This document shows positions 55,888 through 63,153 of a stretch of 64,000 nucleotides of DNA, one piece after another. The notes under the pieces were generated by a model that saw nothing but the letters and a program-made list of their open reading frames with translations, had not been told where the DNA came from and did no database searches. Source of the stretch: Gammaproteobacteria bacterium (GTDB lineage: Bacteria; Pseudomonadota; Gammaproteobacteria; Tenderiales; Tenderiaceae); contig JAKFXL010000036.1 of NCBI GenBank assembly GCA_021731365.1, positions 2,503 through 66,502 on the forward strand, read 5' to 3'. The stretch's first letter is position 1. Each line of letters starts with the position of its first letter. Position numbers and translations under genes: made by a program.

Positions 55888-58800
55888 ATGCAAGAACCTA
55901 CACCAGACACTACAGTCGAGCCACCTGTCAGCGAAACCGACGTCGTTACCCCGGTTGCAGAACCGGCAGTGGCAGAGGCTAAACCCGTGCCAGTGCGGCG
56001 CAGGCGTTGGCGTGGCTGGCTGTTGGGGTTCACAGTGGTGGGGGCGATTATTGCTGGTGCTGTCTATTATGAGATGGAGCACTCAACACTACAGGCCCGT
56101 TTTATTGCCGGCATGGCGCAAGAGATGCGCTATACCGTTGAGTCAGGAGCGGCACCGGAAGATGAGATCCATTACCCCGGTAGCGGCCCCTTCGATTTAC
56201 GTATGGGATATACCGCACTGCCTGATTTTTTAACCGCACTGCAAGAGCGTGGTTACACCATTGACGCCCAGGCGCGCTGGTCAGAAAAACTACAGCAGAG
56301 CTGGGCGTGGGGACTCTTTCCCCCTTATCACGAAAAAGCACGTGCAGGATTAACCATCCACGATAAAAATGGTGACGAGCTTTATGACTCACGCTATCCA
56401 CGGGATACCTACACCACGTTTGAAGAGATAGCCCCACTCATTGTGAACACACTGCTCTTCATCGAAAACCGCGAACTGCTTGAGACCACCCATCCTCACC
56501 GTAATCCTGCCATTGAGTGGGACCGTATGGCACGTGTCACCAGTGGCCTCGCCCTTAACATGATCAGAACTGAAGATGAAAAACTGGCGGGTGGCAGCAC
56601 ACTGGCAACACAGATTGAAAAATATCGCCACTCACCCGACGGCCTCACCAGTTCGCCAATAGAAAAATTACGACAGATGGGCTCTGCCACACTGCGTGCC
56701 TATCTTGATGGCGAAGATACCGCCGTTGCGCGTCGCAATATCGCACGAGACTATATCAACACAGTACCGCTGGCAGCACGGAGTGGCTTTGGCGAAGTGA
56801 ACGGCATTGGCGATGGCCTGAAGGTCTGGTACGACATGGATGTCAACCAGGTCAATGCCACCCTTCAACGTAACGACGTTGATAGCGAAGGCACATTGGC
56901 CGCCCAGGCCATGGCCTACAAACAGGTGCTGAGCTTGTTTCTGGCGCAACGCCGCCCCTCATACTATTTAAGCAGTGCTGGTCCGCAACGGTTAAACGAT
57001 CTAGCCAACGTCTACCTTGAGCTGTTAGCCCGTGAACATGTAATCACCCCCGCGCTGCGTGATGCCGCCGCTGCCATATCACTACGGTATGGGCCACCCA
57101 TGTCACAACGTAATGCAACACCCTATGCCAGTGACAAGGCGATTAACGTTACACGCACACGACTCACCGGCATGCTGGAGCTTAAAAGTCTTTACGAACT
57201 CGACCGTACCGACCTGGCAGTCAACACTACCTTTGATAAATCAATGCAAAAAATTGTCAGCCAGACCCTAAGAAAAATGCAGGACCCTGAAGCAGCACGT
57301 GCCGCTGGACTGTTTGGTGAACGGCTACTGCATGAAGAGAACGACCTCAGCAAAGTAATCTACAGCTTCACCTTGATGGAACGCACCCCCACCGCCAATG
57401 TCGTGCGCGTACAGGCAGACAACTACGATCAACCCTTTGACATCAATGAAGGCGTCAAACTGGATCTTGGCTCAAGCGCCAAACTTCGCACACTGGTCAG
57501 CTACCTCAACATCATCGCCGCGCTGCATAAAGAGTACGCAGTGCTGGAACCGGCCGAACTGGCAAAAATTGCCGTTGCCAACAACAACGTTCTGGCACGC
57601 TGGGCGATTGATTACCTGCGCACCCAGCCCAAACGCGAATTAAGCGACATGCTCGCCGCTGCCATGGAGCGTACCTACTCCGCCAATCCCGGCGAGCAAT
57701 TTTTTACCGGCGGCGGAGTGCACACATTTGCAAACTTCGACAAACTGGATAACGGAAAAATTGTCACCGTCCGTGAAGCCATGCGTAGTTCCATCAATCT
57801 GCCCTTTGTACGCATGATGCGCGACATCGTTCGTTACCACATGCTGCAAATACCAGGCTCCACCGCCAAACTGCTCGAAGATGTTAATGACAAACGCCGC
57901 AGCGGCTATTTGGAACGGTTTGCCGACAAAGAAGGCAGCACCTTCATTCAGCATTTCTATCGTAAATACAAAGGCAAAGGGGCAGACGAAATCCTCGAAC
58001 TGCTACTCAAAAGCACACGCCTGACACCACCACGGCTCGCGCTCATCTACAACCGCACAGTCATAGAGCCGAGTGATGAAGCGTTCATAAAATTTTTCCA
58101 CCAATGGTTACCCGATAATAAAATGAGTGATGGGGATATCCAGTCCCTGTCACAACGTTACGGCATTGGCAGTTACAACCTTGCCGATCAAGGCTACATC
58201 GCCAGCATACATCCACTGGAACTCTGGACCGCCTCCTACATGGTGCGCAACCCCAGTGTTAAATCAGCCGAACTACTGGCAGCCAGCGCCGCAGAGCGTC
58301 AGGAAGTCTACAGCTGGCTACGCAAAACCCGGCACAAAAATGCCCAGGACATACGGATACGCCAACTGCTGGAGACAGAAGCATTTATTGAAATCCACAA
58401 AGAGTGGAAACAGCTCGGTTATCCCTTTGATAGCCTGGTCCCTTCATACGCCACCTCAATCGGCAGCTCAGCAGATCGCCCAGCGGCGCTGGCAGAGTTG
58501 ATGGGTATACTTGTTAATGACGGCAAACACCTGCCCACCGTACGCATCGACAATATGCGCTTTGCAGCGGATACGCCTTATGAAACAAGCGTCAAGTACC
58601 AACCGCCAGCAGGTCAGCAGCTGATTGACCCAAGCGTTGCCGCAGAAGCCCGCAAAGCGTTGAGAGACGTTGTTGAAAACGGCACCGCACGACGACTCAA
58701 ACAATCCTTCACCGACGCCGAAGGCAACATCATGGCCGTGGGCGGAAAAACAGGTACAGGGGACCATCGTTACGAAGTATTTGGCAGCGGCGGCCAACTC

Positions 58801-58989
58801 ATCAAATCAACGGTGATGAACCGCACCGCCACCTTTGTTTTTTATATTGGTGACCGCTACTACGGCACACTCACCGCCTTTGTCCCCGGTGTAGAAGCAG
58901 GAAACTACCACTTCACCAGCGGCCTGCCAGTACAGCTACTCAAAACATTGGCACCAGAACTTGCCCCTTACATACGTGGCGAAAAATAG
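55888..58989 (+). CDS. divergent class-A-PBP-like protein (GT51-like transglycosylase + transpeptidase motifs)
   Basis: 1033 aa; N-terminal disordered tail then a TM helix; 'GGSTLATQ', 'IARDYINTVP' (GT51-like); 'SSAK' (SxxK), 'SIN' (SxN), 'KTGT'. Confidence 0.55.
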   Translation: MQEPTPDTTVEPPVSETDVVTPVAEPAVAEAKPVPVRRRRWRGWLLGFTVVGAIIAGAVYYEMEHSTLQARFIAGMAQEMRYTVESGAAPEDEIHYPGSGPFDLRMGYTALPDFLTALQERGYTIDAQARWSEKLQQSWAWGLFPPYHEKARAGLTIHDKNGDELYDSRYPRDTYTTFEEIAPLIVNTLLFIENRELLETTHPHRNPAIEWDRMARVTSGLALNMIRTEDEKLAGGSTLATQIEKYRHSPDGLTSSPIEKLRQMGSATLRAYLDGEDTAVARRNIARDYINTVPLAARSGFGEVNGIGDGLKVWYDMDVNQVNATLQRNDVDSEGTLAAQAMAYKQVLSLFLAQRRPSYYLSSAGPQRLNDLANVYLELLAREHVITPALRDAAAAISLRYGPPMSQRNATPYASDKAINVTRTRLTGMLELKSLYELDRTDLAVNTTFDKSMQKIVSQTLRKMQDPEAARAAGLFGERLLHEENDLSKVIYSFTLMERTPTANVVRVQADNYDQPFDINEGVKLDLGSSAKLRTLVSYLNIIAALHKEYAVLEPAELAKIAVANNNVLARWAIDYLRTQPKRELSDMLAAAMERTYSANPGEQFFTGGGVHTFANFDKLDNGKIVTVREAMRSSINLPFVRMMRDIVRYHMLQIPGSTAKLLEDVNDKRRSGYLERFADKEGSTFIQHFYRKYKGKGADEILELLLKSTRLTPPRLALIYNRTVIEPSDEAFIKFFHQWLPDNKMSDGDIQSLSQRYGIGSYNLADQGYIASIHPLELWTASYMVRNPSVKSAELLAASAAERQEVYSWLRKTRHKNAQDIRIRQLLETEAFIEIHKEWKQLGYPFDSLVPSYATSIGSSADRPAALAELMGILVNDGKHLPTVRIDNMRFAADTPYETSVKYQPPAGQQLIDPSVAAEARKALRDVVENGTARRLKQSFTDAEGNIMAVGGKTGTGDHRYEVFGSGGQLIKSTVMNRTATFVFYIGDRYYGTLTAFVPGVEAGNYHFTSGLPVQLLKTLAPELAPYIRGEK

Positions 58990-59006
58990 GGTCGGTTAAA
59001 TATTAT

Positions 59007-59034
59007 CCCCTCCCTCTTACTTAAGAGGGAGGGT
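59007..59034. terminator. strong hairpin between the convergent PBP-like gene and intI
   Basis: CCCCTCCCTCTTA-CTT-AAGAGGGAGGG 12-bp stem; no clear U-run. Confidence 0.45.
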
Positions 59035-59131
59035 GGCAAGAGTGGCATCAAACCCAGTAACGGCCACTTCATCAGTAAATTAATATAGTGAACGGCACAA
59101 GGGTGAGGGGGCGCATCTGTGAACTGAGTGT

Positions 59132-60130
59132 TCAGCTCATTAACGCCCCAGCTAACGGACTAATCACCGCATTACCACCACGGTTCAATACATGAGTATA
59201 AATTTGCGTTGTCTTCACATCGCTATGCCCCAGTTGTTCCTGCACCGTACGGATATCGGCACCGCGTTGTAACAGATGGGTTGCAAACGAATGGCGCAAT
59301 GTATGGCAGGTAGCCTGCTTTTCAATACCCGCCTTTTTTACCGCAAGCTTCACCGCCCTCTGCAGACTCTTTTCATGCAAATGGTGGCGTCTAATCACAT
59401 CAGCCCTTGGATCTTGAGTGCGCTCCCCAGCGGGGAAAATATACTGCCAACGCCACTCGCGCGGTGCGTTTGGATATTTACGTGCCAAAGCATAAGGTAG
59501 ATACACCTCGCCATAGCCATCGGCTAAATCTTTCTCGTGCAGATTTTTAACGTACTGTAAATGTCGTTTTAACTGAATGGTAAGCTCATCTGCCAGTGTC
59601 ACAATACGATCCTTGCCACCTTTGCCATCAATCACAAAAATAGCATGGTGATCAAAATCCAGATGCATTACCCGTAATCTCAAACACTCCATTAGGCGCA
59701 GACCAGACCCATACATCAAACAGGCTGCTAGCCAATGTACACCACTTAGATTCTTCAATAACCGACTAACCTCATCGACCGTTAGCACCACAGGTAGTTT
59801 TTTTCTCTCCTTGGCCCGCACAGCCCCATTAATATCACCCAGTGGCTGCGCAAGTACATGCCGATACATAAATACCAACGCATTGAGTGCCTGATTCTGC
59901 GTGGCAGGTGCAACATTTCTCTTCACAGCTAAGTAAGTTAAAAAGGCACTAACCTCCATAGCCCCCATCTCCTTGGGATGGCGCTTATTGTTAAAAATAA
60001 TAAAACGCTTGATCCAGTCAACATAAGCATGCTCAGTTCTAATGCTGTAATGTTTGGTGCGGAGCACGTTTATTACACTTTCAAGAAATGGAGATGTTAT
60101 TTTTCTGCCTGAATTCATAAAGCCACCCAT
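59132..60130 (-). CDS. intI: integron integrase IntI (tyrosine recombinase)
   Basis: '[12 protein letters not shown]...RHP', IntI-specific insertion '[20 protein letters not shown]', catalytic '[12 protein letters not shown]...YTHV'; start taken at the Met at 60130 (alternatives 60118 or TTG 60148). Confidence 0.9.
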   Translation of the reverse strand: MGGFMNSGRKITSPFLESVINVLRTKHYSIRTEHAYVDWIKRFIIFNNKRHPKEMGAMEVSAFLTYLAVKRNVAPATQNQALNALVFMYRHVLAQPLGDINGAVRAKERKKLPVVLTVDEVSRLLKNLSGVHWLAACLMYGSGLRLMECLRLRVMHLDFDHHAIFVIDGKGGKDRIVTLADELTIQLKRHLQYVKNLHEKDLADGYGEVYLPYALARKYPNAPREWRWQYIFPAGERTQDPRADVIRRHHLHEKSLQRAVKLAVKKAGIEKQATCHTLRHSFATHLLQRGADIRTVQEQLGHSDVKTTQIYTHVLNRGGNAVISPLAGALMS

Positions 60131-60135
60131 ATTGA

Positions 60136-60151
60136 CTGTATATAACAACAG
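60136..60151. promoter_or_regulatory. LexA box (CTGTATATAACAACAG) overlapping the intI promoter/start
   Basis: perfect CTGT-N8-ACAG palindrome, as described for SOS-controlled integron integrases. Confidence 0.75.
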
Positions 60152-60414
60152 TACTTAATATGAGAAGTAGCTGTCAAGCATGAAAAAGGACAGATTGGGG
60201 TATTTGGCATTATATGATTAAGTGGAATCTAATGATGGGATGAGAAAAATCTACCGATACCAAAGGTACAATCATTTAACTTTCATATGCTTATGGGTTA
60301 TATCCAGTTTTATTTTGTAGTTCAGACCAGAGTCGGGTATAAATAGACAAAAAAGGAAAGACCCCAAAGTGGGGTGTTTGATTACCCCACTTTGGGGTCC
60401 ATTAACTGTTAGCC
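60152..60414 (+). other. attI region (approximate), ending at a GTTAGCC core
   Basis: AT-rich region between intI and the first cassette; candidate crossover G/TT at 60408-60410. Confidence 0.4.
60360..60398. repeat. perfect 14-bp inverted repeat (ACCCCAAAGTGGGG-9 nt-CCCCACTTTGGGGT) within attI
   Basis: read directly from the sequence; lies 10 bp before the GTTAGCC core. Confidence 0.7.
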
Positions 60415-60447
60415 CCCTATTTTTAACCCACCACGAAAGGAAATAAT

Positions 60448-60963
60448 ATGAAACTGAAACTCACGTCACTCTCCCTCATGCTCTGCGCTGGCAGTGCAAT
60501 GGCTGACACAACAGTGCAAATGTCCATGGTCGATGCAAAGGGTGTTAGCGCTAGCGTTGGACAGGTATCAATCACTGAATCAAAGTACGGCATGGTGTTT
60601 TCGCCGTCACTGAAAGGGCTTCCCCCTGGGTTGCATGGGTTCCATCTGCACCAAAACCCAAGCTGTGAGCCGAAAGAGAAGGATGGGAAAATGGTTCCTG
60701 CGTTAGCGGCGGGGGGCCACTACGACCCAAGCGATTCTAAGCGCCATGACACTCCTTGGAGTGACGGTCATCTGGGTGATTTACCCGCACTCTTTGTGGA
60801 TGCAGAAGGCAATGCTAATCAACCTGTACTCGCCCCTCGCCTAAAGACGGCAGATCTTGCAAGTCGTTCGCTGATGGTGCATGTGGGCGGAGATAATCAT
60901 GCGGATCATCCTGCTCCGCTTGGTGGTGGCGGTGCGCGTATGGTATGCGGTGTTATCAAGTAA
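60448..60963 (+). CDS. sodC: periplasmic Cu/Zn superoxide dismutase (integron cassette 1)
   Basis: signal peptide; '[10 protein letters not shown]'; '[12 protein letters not shown]'; followed by attC. Confidence 0.9.
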   Translation: MKLKLTSLSLMLCAGSAMADTTVQMSMVDAKGVSASVGQVSITESKYGMVFSPSLKGLPPGLHGFHLHQNPSCEPKEKDGKMVPALAAGGHYDPSDSKRHDTPWSDGHLGDLPALFVDAEGNANQPVLAPRLKTADLASRSLMVHVGGDNHADHPAPLGGGGARMVCGVIK

Positions 60964-60965
60964 AA

Positions 60966-61029
60966 GCCTAACTCTGCATTCGAGAGGGACGCGCCAAAAG
61001 CGGCGCGCCCCTCAATTTGAACGTTAGAA
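60966..61029 (+). other. attC site 1
   Basis: R'' GCCTAAC ... internal palindrome GGACGCGCC/GGCGCGCCC ... R' GTTAGAA. Confidence 0.6.
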
Positions 61030-61082
61030 GACTTCTTGGTTGTTAATTTTAATCTGTATTACCCATGAAAAGGGAGGCGGGG

Positions 61083-62120
61083 ATGAATTTTATAAAGCTA
61101 TGTATCGCCGGAGGAATTGCATTTATTGCTAATCAGGCTTTTGCTGATGATAAAGCAGAACTCAAAGATGTTAGGTTTGAAGGGACAGATTTAGAAATTA
61201 GCAATAAGTGCGAGGGGAATCCTGGCTGGCTATGTAATAGAGAAAGTAGACTACAAGCACATAAACCAAGCACTGTAGCTTGGGAATATACTGATCAAGA
61301 TGATGGTTCTCTTGAAGTTAATTACTCTCTCAGATACATGCTTGCCAGGCCTGACTGTTCTGTAGAAAGAGATAATGACCAACGAGAATGTATAAATGGT
61401 TGGTGGAAAAGGAATGAATGGTTTCTATCTTACTCTGGTAAGTTTGATTTCTATATGGGAACACGATATTCAGGTCCTGTTGTAAATAGAATTAGCAATC
61501 CAGCTCTTCACTGGAGAATTCACAATCCATCTTTCATGGGTGGCGTGGAGTGGCTAAATATAGCGCTGGAGCATAGATCAAATGGGCAAGTTACAGATTT
61601 TGACCTAAAAGACTCTAACGGAAATTACATTGCAGATCAGCGTTGGCAAGCCGGGGACAGAGCATATATTGATGGCATAAGCCGCGCCGCAAATTATTTT
61701 TCTATTGAAATTAAAGATGGTTATAAAACGGACACTACGGCATACAACTACTGGCTTAGTGCGAAAGCATATTTTACAGATGAATCCTTGGTTACATGGG
61801 GAGATAAGAAAGGATCGGATGTTAGGATTTTGGACTACGATGTACTTCGCCTAGCTTTTGTGGGAAATAAGTTTAAGGGTGAAAATAAGCAGTTTAAGCA
61901 GTTTGAATATGGGTTTGAATACACAATGGGAATGAAGGGGTTTGCCACTGATTCATTGGATGCTTCTTTATATTTTCCCTATGTATTCGGAAAAAGAACA
62001 TATTTCCCAATTAATTATTTCAAAGTCCACGTTGGGCCAATGAATGAACTGTCTAACTACACGGAGTCACAAACAAGCATTTATATAGGTATGAAACTGA
62101 ACCCATACCCATCATTTTAA
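61083..62120 (+). CDS. pldA: outer membrane phospholipase A (OMPLA), integron cassette 2
   Basis: RBS GGGAGG; signal peptide; active-site 'HRSNG'; C-terminal aromatic residue (…PSF); markedly AT-rich. Confidence 0.75.
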   Translation: MNFIKLCIAGGIAFIANQAFADDKAELKDVRFEGTDLEISNKCEGNPGWLCNRESRLQAHKPSTVAWEYTDQDDGSLEVNYSLRYMLARPDCSVERDNDQRECINGWWKRNEWFLSYSGKFDFYMGTRYSGPVVNRISNPALHWRIHNPSFMGGVEWLNIALEHRSNGQVTDFDLKDSNGNYIADQRWQAGDRAYIDGISRAANYFSIEIKDGYKTDTTAYNYWLSAKAYFTDESLVTWGDKKGSDVRILDYDVLRLAFVGNKFKGENKQFKQFEYGFEYTMGMKGFATDSLDASLYFPYVFGKRTYFPINYFKVHVGPMNELSNYTESQTSIYIGMKLNPYPSF

Positions 62121-62135
62121 CGGAATTAACACGTC

Positions 62136-62216
62136 TTCTAACAAGCGCGTGGAGTCGGACTCGCTACGTCGGCGCTTCGCGCCGATTCCGCTCGCCGCTC
62201 ACGCGAAGAGTTAGAA
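62136..62216 (+). other. attC site 2
   Basis: R'' TTCTAAC exactly complementary to R' GTTAGAA; GC-rich imperfect internal palindrome. Confidence 0.65.
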
Positions 62217-62563
62217 CGCAAAGGCACGTTAATAATTTCAGAGAAAGCTCGGCAGTCAGTTTAAGTTCGTAGCTCTCCCATGCTTCAGCATTGTTCGGTA
62301 TTAATCGGGTGTTTAGTATTTGTGCATCTAGAAACATTGAAAGGTGGTCACTTAATCATCTCGGGCATCTTGCTTGGTAGGCTCGCCACAGTTCAGCCAA
62401 AACCTTGCATTGTTCAAGGTTGGTGGTAAGTTAAACAGTATCGTATTTATTAAGGCCAATAGGCGGAAAGTGTGGAGGTCCACTTGAAGGAAAATCGTGG
62501 CGTTGTTTGGCAAGGAGGCGTATCAGTCCTTTCTAATATCCAATTCAATCAAAACATTTTGCT

Positions 62564-62668
62564 TTCTAACCAGCGCGGTCAAGCTGACAAATTTCCGCGT
62601 TCTTCGTTTGTGCTAAATAGCACAAGCCTCTCACCGCTCCAATTTGCAGCTTACCGCGAACGTTAGGT
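62564..62668 (+). other. attC site 3
   Basis: R''-L'' TTCTAAC-CAGCGCGGTCAAGCTG pairs with L'-R' CAGCTTACCGCGAAC-GTTAGGT, leaving one extrahelical base. Confidence 0.8.
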
Positions 62669-62676
62669 GCCCATAT

Positions 62677-63072
62677 ATGTCCACGCTCGAATCAATTAAT
62701 CGGCTCCTGTCAGTCGGCGCCACGCTCCTCGATCATGCAGCGGCGGAAATCCGCGACGCGAAGCTTGAGCCTGTTCGCGAGAACATTGAGAGTATTGGCA
62801 AGGCTTTGGCCGAGGTCTTTGAAATTCAGCACCAGATTTACAAGTTAAAACCTGAACTCACGCCCGAGCACCTAAAGCAGCCCAGTGAGCACTCTGCGGC
62901 CAATCGACTTCTCACCGAGTACATGTACAACGCCTCAGAATTCGAACTCGCTGGAAACATCGAACGAGCTGTCGCAATATTCCAAGAGTTCTTGGCGCTG
63001 GAGTCGTCGCCTCTGCATCGCGACATTGCAGCCGGTGAAATTGAAAGGCTTCGGAATGCCGCAGGCACCTAA
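62677..63072 (+). CDS. hypothetical alpha-helical protein (integron cassette 4)
   Basis: 131 aa, ATG just after the attC3 crossover; ends within the next attC. Confidence 0.5.
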   Translation: MSTLESINRLLSVGATLLDHAAAEIRDAKLEPVRENIESIGKALAEVFEIQHQIYKLKPELTPEHLKQPSEHSAANRLLTEYMYNASEFELAGNIERAVAIFQEFLALESSPLHRDIAAGEIERLRNAAGT

Positions 63073-63133
63073 CATGGCGCTCAACCTCGCTCCCTTCGGT
63101 CGCTGGACGGCGCTAAAGCGCCGCCGGTTAGCT
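63067..63133 (+). other. attC site 4
   Basis: R'' ACCTAAC ... GGCGCT/AGCGCC palindromic arms ... R' GTTAGCT (a second GTTAGCA lies 11 bp further on). Confidence 0.55.
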
Positions 63134-63153
63134 CTACGTTAGCAACTAGACTC

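Noticed and set aside
62472-62666. GTG-initiated 64-aa ORF in cassette 3
   Set aside because: It would read through the entire 105-bp attC3 and terminate in its R' core. Cassette ORFs normally end before or early within the attC. Kept only as a remote possibility.
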